Assembly (NCBI GenBank): GCA_012519355.1
Contig: JAAYQJ010000149.1
Span: 1 to 45,875, forward strand
Direction: 5' to 3'
DNA: 45,875 nt
Source of the DNA: Tissierellia bacterium
GTDB lineage: Bacteria > Bacillota > Clostridia > Tissierellales > Tissierellaceae
Positions 35,644-44,570 of the stretch are shown here, piece by piece. The notes under the pieces are model-generated. The model saw nothing but the letters and a program-made list of their open reading frames with translations. It was not told where the DNA came from and did not search any database. Numbering within the stretch: position 1 is the stretch's first letter; every line of letters begins with the position of its first letter. Position numbers and translations under genes: made by a program.

Positions 35644-36996
35644 TTATGTCACATTTTTGATCCATTTTTTTGATAAAACCCTTGGTAAGCCAATGGCTGC
35701 TTTAACTATTTCTTCTAATGAAACTAATACAAAAACTAAGTATACCGGTAATTTAAATAATAAGGCCCCTAAAAAAGCTAAGGGTACTCCTACTAACCAG
35801 ACAGCCCCCATTTCCAAATACATTGAGAATGAGGTATCTCCACCACCTCTAAGGACTCCTACAATTAAAGTGGCATTGAAGGTTCTAATAAAATAGAATA
35901 GGCCCATTACCATAATCAAATTCCTTGATAAATTATAAACATCAAAATCTAAACTTCTAAAGAGTTTTAGAGTTAGGTCTGGTGTTAAAAATAATAAAAG
36001 CCCAAGTACTAAACCCGATATAGTTGACATGGTTAAAAATTGAATTGCATATTCATAAGACTCATCTTCATTGCCTTCACCAATTTTGTTTCCTACCATA
36101 ACTGTACATGCATTGGCTAATCCCCTTACTAATACAAAGAAAACGTTTTGGATAGTAGCAGCAATTTGTACTGCTGCTGTAGCCTCTTCTCCTATACGGG
36201 CATATGCAGCAGAATACATGACTTGTCCTAAAGCCCATAGGGCTTCGTTTATAACTACAGGATAAGCAGTTTTAAAATATCTTTTTATAAATCCCTTTGG
36301 CCAAGATGTTAATTCTTTTATGTTTCCTGCAAGGGGTTCAATATCTTTATAGACAAAGTATAAGATAAATAATATCTCAACTATTCTGGCTATTAATGTC
36401 CCATAAGCAGCACCCTTTACCCCTAACTTTGGAAAACCTAATTTACCAAAGATAAGCAAATAATTAAAAACAGCATTAGTGATAAATGAAATAAAGGATA
36501 CAACCATAGGCATTTTGGCATATCCTACGCTGCGTGAAGCTATACTATAGGAAAAACTAACACCAGTTATTATGTAGGAAATAGAAACTATCCTTAAATA
36601 ATCACAGCCTAGCTTAATTACTATATCCTCTTTAATAAAAAACCTCATTACAAGTTCTGGAAAAAATAAAGCTATTATTGTAAATATTAGGCCTGTTAAA
36701 GTAGTCAAAATTACAGCTAATCCTAGTATACTTTTAATATTTTCTTTATCCTTCTTGCCCCAGTATTGGGATATAAATATTGATGCACCACTATTAATAC
36801 CAAATAAGATTAAGGAATAAAAAAAGAATAGCTGATTTGCAAGTCCTACTGCTGCTATACTTGATTTCCCTAACTCTGATATCATTAAAGTATCTAACAT
36901 ATTTAATGATGTAATTATTAAGTTTTGCAATGCAATTGGAATTGCGATTACTAGCATATTTTTTAAGAATACTTTATTGACTAAGATTCTCTTCAT
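35644..36996 (-). CDS. MATE-family efflux transporter
   Basis: 12-TM protein of 450 aa with MATE N-terminal pattern (PIALQNLI..LDTLM...G..AIAAVGLA). Confidence 0.9.
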   Translation of the reverse strand: MKRILVNKVFLKNMLVIAIPIALQNLIITSLNMLDTLMISELGKSSIAAVGLANQLFFFYSLILFGINSGASIFISQYWGKKDKENIKSILGLAVILTTLTGLIFTIIALFFPELVMRFFIKEDIVIKLGCDYLRIVSISYIITGVSFSYSIASRSVGYAKMPMVVSFISFITNAVFNYLLIFGKLGFPKLGVKGAAYGTLIARIVEILFILYFVYKDIEPLAGNIKELTSWPKGFIKRYFKTAYPVVINEALWALGQVMYSAAYARIGEEATAAVQIAATIQNVFFVLVRGLANACTVMVGNKIGEGNEDESYEYAIQFLTMSTISGLVLGLLLFLTPDLTLKLFRSLDFDVYNLSRNLIMVMGLFYFIRTFNATLIVGVLRGGGDTSFSMYLEMGAVWLVGVPLAFLGALLFKLPVYLVFVLVSLEEIVKAAIGLPRVLSKKWIKNVT

Positions 36997-37127
36997 TAGT
37001 TGCCTCCATTATTGATATTAGTCCATTTTAATATTATATAACATAAGTATTAAATTTTAAATCACAATAATAAAATATTACTTTGAGAATTTGCACCACA
37101 TATAAGAAAATTATTTTCTCAAACAAA

Positions 37128-37146
37128 AATGCCCCATAAGGGCATT
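37128..37146 (-). terminator. terminator after the disrupted small gene
   Basis: 7-bp stem aatgccc / gggcatt with a 5-nt loop; minus-strand tail TTTTGTTT. Confidence 0.6.
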
Positions 37147-37162
37147 ATAATCATTTGTTTGA

Positions 37163-37437
37163 CTAGTGTCTTCCATAATTGGTATGGTCATTTCCCAGGT
37201 AATTAATATTGGCATATATTCTAACTATTCCTTGATCTTCATTAGGTTTAATCTCAATATCCGTAGGTCTACCATCATCTCCTCTTCTTTCTAAATGGTT
37301 TTAATTATTTCTGTAGCTACTTCATTTGTAAATTGGTTCTCATAGACCTTGCAAAAATCATCAGTAGTCATTTCCAGTACAGTTCGATGAATTCCCTTAA
37401 CCACCATTCTTTTTTCCCTAATATTATTGAATAACAT
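37163..37437 (-). pseudogene. small gene (about 91 aa if repaired) split by a 1-nt frameshift at an A-run
   Basis: AAGGAGGG SD and ATG at 37437. Frame 1 stops after 48 aa (..ATEIIKTI*). The -1 frame continues NHLERRGDDGRPTDIEIKPNEDQGIVRIYANINYLGNDHTNYGRH* to 37163, directly upstream of a terminator. Confidence 0.5.
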
Positions 37438-37501
37438 TGGAACCCTCCTTATAACATAATTAATATTATCTTCTCTTTTTCAAGATATTTTTATACTAAA
37501 G

Positions 37502-37533
37502 AAAAAACCTTTAGGATTTCCTAAAGGTCTTTT
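37502..37533. terminator. bidirectional terminator after the mrp/apbC-like gene
   Basis: 9-bp stem acctttagg / cctaaaggt with a 4-nt loop, flanked by an A-run and a T-run. Confidence 0.7.
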
Positions 37534-37537
37534 ATAA

Positions 37538-38365
37538 CTAATCTATGGATGCTATTATTTTTTTCAATATAGTGTCAAAGAGTTTTTCTATTGATTCTTT
37601 TGAATCATCATAACCCTTAAATGAAATATTGCTTATTTCCTTTGTCATAGGTAATTCACCTAGCAATTCAAGGTCTAAGTCTTTTAAAAATTCCTCTATA
37701 TTTTCTCCATCATACATTCTAATCTTTTCATCGCAATTTGGGCATTGAATATAGCTCATATTTTGCACTACTCCTACTATGTCTACATCCATTTTTTTAG
37801 CCATATTCACAGCTTTAGCTACTATCATAGAAACCATATCCTGAGGTACAGATACCATTACTAGACCATTTATAGGTATGGAATCCATTACAGTTAAGGC
37901 TACATCACCAGTTCCTGGTGGCATGTCTATGACAAGATAATCTAAATCTCCCCAATAAACATCTGTCCAAAACTGTTTAACTGCTGATGAAACTATTGGT
38001 CCTCTCCATATAACTGGTTGGTTTTCGTCTTCCATTAAAAGGTTAAAGGACATTACTTTAATTCCGCTTTCTGTTAATACAGGTTGTATAAGACCATCTT
38101 TAGATACTGCATGTGCATCCTTTAAACCAAGTAATCTAGGGATGCTTGGACCTGTAATATCTGAGTCCATTATTCCAACCTTATATCCTTGACTCCTTAA
38201 TCCTTCTGCTATAAGGGTTGATATAGTTGATTTTCCTACTCCACCCTTACCACTCATTACCCCAATAACTCTATTGACATTGTTCAAAGGGTTATTTTCA
38301 ATTCCGCATCCTTCCTGGGGTTTTGAACAATTATTTTTAGATGGACAACTGTTGCATTTTGACAT
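37538..38365 (-). CDS. apbC: Mrp/NBP35/ApbC-family Fe-S cluster carrier ATPase
   Basis: Deviant Walker A SGKGGVGKST; CPNC motif (IQCPNCDEK); Cys-rich N-terminus. Confidence 0.9.
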   Translation of the reverse strand: MSKCNSCPSKNNCSKPQEGCGIENNPLNNVNRVIGVMSGKGGVGKSTISTLIAEGLRSQGYKVGIMDSDITGPSIPRLLGLKDAHAVSKDGLIQPVLTESGIKVMSFNLLMEDENQPVIWRGPIVSSAVKQFWTDVYWGDLDYLVIDMPPGTGDVALTVMDSIPINGLVMVSVPQDMVSMIVAKAVNMAKKMDVDIVGVVQNMSYIQCPNCDEKIRMYDGENIEEFLKDLDLELLGELPMTKEISNISFKGYDDSKESIEKLFDTILKKIIASID

Positions 38366-38567
38366 ATTATGCTCCTTTCAACTCTTATATATATTTTAAT
38401 AATGACTTAATTCCTATATTACTACTATACACCTTTTTTAATCAATAGATTAAGTTGACTTTTTTACATTTTTGTAACAATTTGCTTGGAAAATAATTTA
38501 CATTTATATATTTACTCAAAATCGGAAATAATAAATACTAATGTAATTGAAATTAAAGGAAAGGAAC

Positions 38568-38885
38568 ATGAATATGGAAATTAATAAATCTTTATCATGC
38601 CCTAAATGCGAAGGCGTACATTTTGAAATTAAAAGAATGGCTACTTACCTATATACCTATAAATTAAACACTCCCCTAACTGAAGAATGGAGCAAAGAAA
38701 ATGAACCCTTACCCTTTTTATTTGATAATAGGGAATTAATAAGCAGCAAAGAATACCTTGAATGTAAGGAATGTGGGGCCCAGTTTCCTTGTGATTTATA
38801 TAGTAAAGATACTAAAGTTCATTTCACTATATTACAAAAGGCCATCCCATCTGATTATGTAAAAGAGCCTAATTATTTTGGATAG
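38568..38885 (+). CDS. Zn-ribbon hypothetical protein
   Basis: CPKCEG ... CKECG pair of CxxC knuckles. ATG at 38568 or 38574 preceded by AAGGAAAGGAA; the TTG at 38547 in the ORF track is less likely. Confidence 0.5.
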   Translation: MNMEINKSLSCPKCEGVHFEIKRMATYLYTYKLNTPLTEEWSKENEPLPFLFDNRELISSKEYLECKECGAQFPCDLYSKDTKVHFTILQKAIPSDYVKEPNYFG

Positions 38886-38887
38886 TA

Positions 38888-39355
38888 TTAATGCTTATCT
38901 CTATACTGTAAATATTTTTCTAAGACATCCTTATTATCATTAAAAAAATTGCATAGTGTATCAATTTTTTTCACTGTACTTGGAGTAATGTAATGTTCTA
39001 TTAATTCTGTTTGTATCAAAGTATTTTCTTTACAACCAATAAAAAGCAAGAAATTTTCAATAATATTATGCCTATTTAATAATAATTTTCCCGCCTTTAC
39101 CCCTTTTTCAGTAAGTTTTATTATTCCATACTTTTCATAATCCACTAAGTCCAACTGTTTAAGTTTTTTTATCATTTTAGAGGCAGAAGAAGCTTTTACA
39201 TCCAAGAGATTAGCTAAAGTCTTTACTCTAATATAGGGTTTGTCTTCACAATATCTATATATCATTTCCAAATAATCTTCCAATGCAGGAGTAAGTGGGT
39301 TTTCACTATATCTTTTAAGTTCATATCCTCTAACTGTCCTAAAGGAACTGTTCAT
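38888..39355 (-). CDS. DtxR/MntR-family metal-dependent transcriptional regulator
   Basis: Winged-HTH N-terminus (EDYLEMIY..., VKTLANLLDVKASSASKMIKKL) and dimerisation/metal-binding region; divergent from feoAB. Confidence 0.8.
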   Translation of the reverse strand: MNSSFRTVRGYELKRYSENPLTPALEDYLEMIYRYCEDKPYIRVKTLANLLDVKASSASKMIKKLKQLDLVDYEKYGIIKLTEKGVKAGKLLLNRHNIIENFLLFIGCKENTLIQTELIEHYITPSTVKKIDTLCNFFNDNKDVLEKYLQYRDKH

Positions 39356-39467
39356 ATATTCACCACCTCAGCTTTTGTTTATATATATGTGTAACCATTA
39401 AAAACTATTTATCATATTTTAATGTATAGATGTTTCCCTAGGCTAAACTTTTTGAGGAGGTAAATAT

Positions 39468-39722
39468 ATGGAAGATAAGTATTATCCTTTAAGTTCTCTT
39501 GCAATAGGTGAAAAAGGAATAGTAAAAAAACTTACTTCTAATGATCTAATGCGTAGAAGATTATTAGATTTAGGACTAATCAATAATACCATTGTGGAAG
39601 CCTTGCACAAAAGTCCTTTTGGCGACCCTGTAGCCTTTCTAATTAGAGGGGCTGTAATTGCCCTACGGTCTGAAGTTGCATCTATGATTCTAATAGAAAA
39701 GATTAATGTGGAGGAGGAATAA
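39468..39722 (+). CDS. feoA: FeoA-family protein
   Basis: SH3-like FeoA pattern (L..L..G..G.V..L......RRLLDLGL..G), GAGGAGG SD, immediately upstream of feoB. Confidence 0.85.
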   Translation: MEDKYYPLSSLAIGEKGIVKKLTSNDLMRRRLLDLGLINNTIVEALHKSPFGDPVAFLIRGAVIALRSEVASMILIEKINVEEE

Positions 39723-41872
39723 TGGGTTTGTCTAATGCTTCTTCTGGAATAAACATATTACAGGAGGAATTAAAAATAGAAAAGACTACAGCTGAAGATA
39801 GGATAGTTGCCTTAGGTGGAAACCCAAATGTTGGTAAATCTACAGTCTTTAATAGCCTAACAGGATTAAATCAACATACAGGAAATTGGCCTGGAAAAAC
39901 CGTTACAAATGCCTATGGTTCATATAAGTATAAGGGAAGGAACTTTATCTTAGTAGATATACCTGGAACTTATTCTTTAATGGCTAATTCTGTTGATGAA
40001 GAAGTGGCTAGAGATTTTATTTGCTTCGGTGAACCTCATACCACAGTAATTGTAGTAGATGCTACTTGCCTTGAAAGAAACTTGAATTTAGTATTACAAA
40101 CCTTGGAAATCACCTCTAATGTAATCCTCTGTGTTAACCTTATGGATGAAGCCAAAAGGAAGAATATCCATATAAATTTAAAAAAACTTTCTCATGAACT
40201 GGGGATTCCAGTGGTAGGAACTAGTGCAGTAAAAGCTATTGGTCTATCTAACTTGATGGAAGAAATCTATAATATATCCTATGGGAGATTTAAATTATCC
40301 CCAATGAGTATTAGGTATTCTGAGGAAATAGAAAAGGCTATCTCTATGATAGAAAATAAAGTCAGAGCTATAAACCAAAGCAAACTAAGTTCACGATGGA
40401 TTTCCTTAAAACTCCTAGATGGAGATTTGAATTTAATAAATTCCATAGATAAGTATCTTGACTTTGACCTAAGTAAAGAAAAAAACATAGTTAAAGAAGT
40501 GGAAAGAGCAAAAAATTATTTAAAATCAATGGGAATTGATAGGGATAGTATAAGAGATATTATCGTCACAAATCTAATTAGTATCTCTGAACGGATTAGT
40601 AAAAAAGTCGTAACCATTGAAAATAATGGCTATAAGAGTTTAGATAGAAAAATTGATAATCTACTTACTTCTAAAAAGTTTGGCATACCCATTATGGTTC
40701 TTCTTCTAATGATAGTGTTTTGGATAACCATTAGGGGTGCCAATATTCCATCTGAAATCTTGGCTAGGGGCTTTTCCTTTATAGAAAGGAACTTGTCTTT
40801 ATTCTTTCAATGGTTAAAAGCTCCAGCCTGGATTCATGATGTATTGGTACTAGGCATATTTAGAACCCTTAGCTGGGTTGTTTCTGTAATGCTGCCACCT
40901 ATGGCAATATTCTTCCCTATGTTTACTTTATTAGAAGATTTAGGTTATCTCCCAAGGGTTGCTTTTAATCTAGATAATTTCTTCAAAAAATCCTATGCCT
41001 GTGGCAAGCAAGCCCTTACCATGTGTATGGGTTTTGGATGTAATGCAGCTGGTGTCATAGGCTGTAGAATTATAGATTCACCTAGAGAAAGGATAATAGC
41101 CATAATAACTAATAGTTTCGTACCATGCAATGGAAGGTTTCCTATATTTATAGCTGTTATTTCCACGTTTTTTGTTAATTTTATTAAGGGTACCTTTCAA
41201 TCATTAGTATTAGCCCTAATTTTAACAAGTGTTATAGTCTTAGGTGTTTTCATGACCTTATTAGTATCTAAAATTTTATCTATGACTATTTTAAAGGGAC
41301 TGGCTTCAAGTTTTACCTTAGAATTACCACCTTATAGAAAACCTCAGCTTGGTAGAATAATCGTAAGATCCATATTAGATAGGACTCTGTTTGTACTAGG
41401 CCGGGCTGTTGTTGTAGCCATCCCAGCAGGACTCATTATCTGGTTAATGGCAAACATATATTTGGGAGATTCAAATATATTAACATATACTGCTAATTTT
41501 CTAAACCCACTTGCCAAACTAATCGGATTAGATGGCTATATTTTGCTGGCATTTCTATTAGGTTTTCCAGCAAATGAAATTGTAATTCCAATCCTTTTAA
41601 TGAGTTACATGGCTACAGGTTCCCTTATTGAACTAAATAGTCTAGCAGAATTAAAGGGGGTCTTAATAGCCAATGGCTGGACCTGGGTTACTGGATTATC
41701 TGTAATGCTATTTTCCCTAATGCATTGGCCCTGTGCTACCACTTGCCTAACTATTAGAAAAGAAACTCAAAGTCTAAAATGGACCCTTGTATCTTTTATT
41801 ATTCCTGCTGTAGCTGGATTTTCTCTTTGCTTTCTTGTGGTAAACTTAATAAGATTATTTAGTCTCCTATAG
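39722..41872 (+). CDS. feoB: ferrous iron transporter FeoB
   Basis: G-domain GNPNVGKST, DIPGTYS, NLMD, followed by a polytopic permease domain. Start overlaps the feoA stop (TAATG). Confidence 0.95.
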   Translation: MGLSNASSGINILQEELKIEKTTAEDRIVALGGNPNVGKSTVFNSLTGLNQHTGNWPGKTVTNAYGSYKYKGRNFILVDIPGTYSLMANSVDEEVARDFICFGEPHTTVIVVDATCLERNLNLVLQTLEITSNVILCVNLMDEAKRKNIHINLKKLSHELGIPVVGTSAVKAIGLSNLMEEIYNISYGRFKLSPMSIRYSEEIEKAISMIENKVRAINQSKLSSRWISLKLLDGDLNLINSIDKYLDFDLSKEKNIVKEVERAKNYLKSMGIDRDSIRDIIVTNLISISERISKKVVTIENNGYKSLDRKIDNLLTSKKFGIPIMVLLLMIVFWITIRGANIPSEILARGFSFIERNLSLFFQWLKAPAWIHDVLVLGIFRTLSWVVSVMLPPMAIFFPMFTLLEDLGYLPRVAFNLDNFFKKSYACGKQALTMCMGFGCNAAGVIGCRIIDSPRERIIAIITNSFVPCNGRFPIFIAVISTFFVNFIKGTFQSLVLALILTSVIVLGVFMTLLVSKILSMTILKGLASSFTLELPPYRKPQLGRIIVRSILDRTLFVLGRAVVVAIPAGLIIWLMANIYLGDSNILTYTANFLNPLAKLIGLDGYILLAFLLGFPANEIVIPILLMSYMATGSLIELNSLAELKGVLIANGWTWVTGLSVMLFSLMHWPCATTCLTIRKETQSLKWTLVSFIIPAVAGFSLCFLVVNLIRLFSLL

Positions 41873-41903
41873 AAAGGAACAAAGTTAGTCTTTGTTCCTT
41901 TCT
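41871..41903 (+). terminator. rho-independent terminator after feoB
   Basis: 14-bp stem agaaaggaacaaag / ctttgttcctttct with a 5-nt loop, then a T-rich tail. Confidence 0.8.
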
Positions 41904-42007
41904 ATATTTATTTTTTAACTTGTATATTTTATCTTATACTGGCAAAAAATAGAAGTATTTATGTAAAAGTCTAGTGGTAATATGTCAAGACAATAATAAT
42001 TAATAAA

Positions 42008-43060
42008 GGGGCAGTAAAATTTGACAATCAGGCCCAGTTTCACCCACTAAAATATTTGTACCCTTTAGTTAAAGTAATTGATAAAAGGGGGGTTAAGATA
42101 TACGAAAATACAAGAGTTGTTGAGATTAAGGAAGAAAATAATAATTATATACTCACAACATGTCAAGGTAAAAAAATTCAGGCTGAAAAAGTTATTATTG
42201 CTTCTCACTACCCTTTTTTTAATAAACATGGAATGTATTTTTCAAGAATTTATGCCTTTAGGACTTATATAATAGGGATTAAAGCCCAGGAAAAGTACCC
42301 AGGAGGAATGTATATTAATGCAGAAGATCCTTCACGGTCTTTAAGGTGTGTAAACACTAGTGAAGGGGAATTGATACTTGTGGTAGGTGATAATCATAAG
42401 ACGGGACAGGGAGAGGATATGAATAAGCATTATAATGCTTTGATAGATTTTGCAATGAGAATCTACACCATAGAAGATATTCCTTACAGGTGGTCTACCC
42501 AAGATTGTATGACCTTAGATGGTTTACCCTATATTGGATACTATACTTCCAATACACCAAATCTTTATATAGCTACAGGCTTTCAAAAATGGGGTATGAC
42601 CAATAGTACTGTTGCTTCTATTCTCCTTAGGGACTTAATACTTAAAGGCCATAGCCCTTGGGAAGAAGTCTATAGTCCTTCTAGAAAGACTATTACAGCT
42701 TCTACAAAAAAGTTTATTACAGTAAATGCAGATGTAGCTAAACATCTAATAAAAGGAAAAATAGAGTCCCCAGATGAGAACCTTGATATATTGAATGGAG
42801 AAGCCCAAGTTATAGATATTGATGGCAACAGAGTAGGAGCATATAGAGATGATAGTGGAAAGCTTTATTTTGTTAATATAACCTGCACCCACATGGGATG
42901 TGAATTAAATTGGAATAATGCATAAAAATCATGGGATTGTCCATGTCATGGTTCTAGATTCTCCCATAAGGGAGAAATACTAGAAGGTCCTGCTGTAAAA
43001 ACTCTTAATAATACTGAAGATATTAATACAATAGTAAAATTATTTAAGGAAGATTTTTAA
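42008..43060 (+). pseudogene. remnant of an FAD-dependent oxidoreductase with a C-terminal Rieske domain (YhfW-like): 5'-truncated, with an in-frame TAA
   Basis: Reading frame opens at ...GAVKFDNQAQFHPLKYL with no GxGxxG FAD-binding N-terminus, no ATG and no SD. Rieske box I CTHMGC and box [10 protein letters not shown] are separated by a TAA at 42923-42925 ([15 protein letters not shown]). Confidence 0.75.
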
Positions 43061-43062
43061 TT

Positions 43063-43089
43063 AATGGCTACCATTGCTAGGTAGCCATT
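43063..43089. terminator. bidirectional terminator between the pseudogene and livF
   Basis: 10-bp stem aatggctacc / ggtagccatt with a 7-nt loop. Confidence 0.65.
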
Positions 43090-43794
43090 TTACCCTTCTA
43101 GATATGCTTTTTTTACTCTTTCATCTTCTAACAATTCTCTACTATTACCATCTATTTCAATTTCACCATTTCTAATAATATATGCCCTATCTGATACCTT
43201 AAGGGCCATGTTGGCATTTTGCTCTACTAATAATATGGATATACCATCCCTATTTATATTTTCAATAATGGAAAATATCTCCTTAACAATAATAGGTGCA
43301 AGCCCCATGGAAGGTTCGTCTAGTAATAATAATTTTGGTCTAGACATCAATCCTCTGCCTATGGCTAACATTTGTTGCTCTCCACCTGATAAGGTACCAG
43401 CTATTTGTTCTTTTCGTTCCTCTAGTCTAGGAAATAATGCAAATATCTTCTCAAAGTCCTCTTTTACTCCTTTTTTATCCTTTCTCGTATAGGCTCCCAT
43501 TTCGAGATTTTCCATTACTGTCATCTTAGAAAATATCCTCCTACCCTCAGGTACATAGGATATACCTAATTTAACAATATTAGTTGGAGTTAAGGAATGG
43601 ATCTTATTATCCTTGAATTTAATCTCTCCACTTTCACATTTTTCTAATCCTGTTATGGATTTCAAGGTAGTGCTTTTACCTGCTCCATTTGCACCAACTA
43701 AGGTAACAATTTCCCCTTCTCTAATGCTTAAGCTTATGTTTTTTACTGCATGGATTGGTCCATAATATACATTTACATTGGAAAGTTCTAGCAT
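43090..43794 (-). CDS. livF: branched-chain amino acid ABC transporter ATP-binding protein LivF
   Basis: GANGAGKST, LSGGEQQMLAIGRGL, LLLLDEPSMGLAP; 7-nt overlap with livG. Confidence 0.9.
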   Translation of the reverse strand: MLELSNVNVYYGPIHAVKNISLSIREGEIVTLVGANGAGKSTTLKSITGLEKCESGEIKFKDNKIHSLTPTNIVKLGISYVPEGRRIFSKMTVMENLEMGAYTRKDKKGVKEDFEKIFALFPRLEERKEQIAGTLSGGEQQMLAIGRGLMSRPKLLLLDEPSMGLAPIIVKEIFSIIENINRDGISILLVEQNANMALKVSDRAYIIRNGEIEIDGNSRELLEDERVKKAYLEG

Positions 43795-44570
43795 TCCTCA
43801 ACCTCCTCTCCTAAATATGCTTTTATTACCCTTTCGTTGTTTTGTATCTCTTCCGGACTCCCTTGTGCAACTAAGTTTCCATAGTCGAATACCAATATTT
43901 CTTCACAGATATTCATTACTAAGGACATATCGTGTTCAATTAATATTATGGTTAGCTCGAAGGCTTCCCTTATCCAATTAATTAGGTCCCTCAATTCTTT
44001 TGTCTCGATAGGATTCATCCCAGCTGCTGGTTCGTCTAATAGAAGGAGCTTTGGTTTTGCAGCTAAGGCTCTGGCAATTTCTAATTTTCTTTGATCACCG
44101 TAGGGTAGATTTTTAGCTAATTCATCTTTTTTGTTCAATAAATCAAATTTATCTAATAACTCCAATGCCTCCTCATGGGTAGACTTTTCAGCTTTATAGT
44201 ATGATGGTAATCTAAGTAGAGTCGAACCTACTCCGTATTTTAATCTATTGTGAAATCCAATGAGGATATTATCAAGGACAGTCATTTCTTTAAATAGCCT
44301 TATATTTTGAAAAGTCCTAGCAATTCCATAATGAACAATTTTATGAGGTTTTAAGTCCTTTGTCCTAACTTGTGAGTCTAGATTATAAACTATTTCACCA
44401 GTAGTTGGACTATATATACCTGTTAGGAGATTAAAAAAAGTAGTTTTTCCTGCTCCATTGGGGCCAATTATACCAATAATCTTTCCCTTTTCTATATTTA
44501 CATTTATATCTCTAATAGCCTTAATTCCACCAAAGTTCTTGGTTAGATTATTTACTGATAGTGCCCACAT
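43788..44570 (-). CDS. livG: branched-chain amino acid ABC transporter ATP-binding protein LivG
   Basis: GPNGAGKTT, LPYGDQRKLEIARAL, LLLLDEPAAGMNP, C-terminal BCAA-ABC extension. Confidence 0.9.
   Translation of the reverse strand: MWALSVNNLTKNFGGIKAIRDINVNIEKGKIIGIIGPNGAGKTTFFNLLTGIYSPTTGEIVYNLDSQVRTKDLKPHKIVHYGIARTFQNIRLFKEMTVLDNILIGFHNRLKYGVGSTLLRLPSYYKAEKSTHEEALELLDKFDLLNKKDELAKNLPYGDQRKLEIARALAAKPKLLLLDEPAAGMNPIETKELRDLINWIREAFELTIILIEHDMSLVMNICEEILVFDYGNLVAQGSPEEIQNNERVIKAYLGEEVEEC

Noticed and set aside
37084-37121. Inverted repeat ttgagaa ... ttctcaa in the MATE-upstream spacer as a regulatory operator or hairpin.
   Set aside because: The arms are only 7 bp, AT-rich, and separated by a 24-nt loop, which is within chance expectation for this composition.
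37285-37305. Programmed -1 ribosomal frameshift joining the two halves of the small gene.
   Set aside because: The junction (AUU AAA ACC AUU UAG) lacks a canonical X XXY YYZ slippery heptamer, and no downstream stimulatory structure is obvious. A 1-nt homopolymer indel explains it.
1588-43981. Many 60-143-aa ORFs in the track lie antisense to, or out of frame within, long well-supported genes. Examples: 1588-1875, 5805-6005, 7268-7453, 7646-7927, 7963-8151, 11268-11456, 12154-12447, 12568-12750, 15804-16058, 18511-18942, 21198-21928, 22522-22865, 23434-23622, 24784-25005, 26235-26423, 28483-28722, 30618-30815, 32776-32970, 35657-35896, 36071-36265, 40279-40488, 42078-42272, 43208-43492 and 43778-43981.
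   Set aside because: These are shadow ORFs, typical of AT-rich genomes. They have no SD, low-complexity Ser/Leu/Ile/Phe-rich translations, and are fully embedded in genes with clear motifs.
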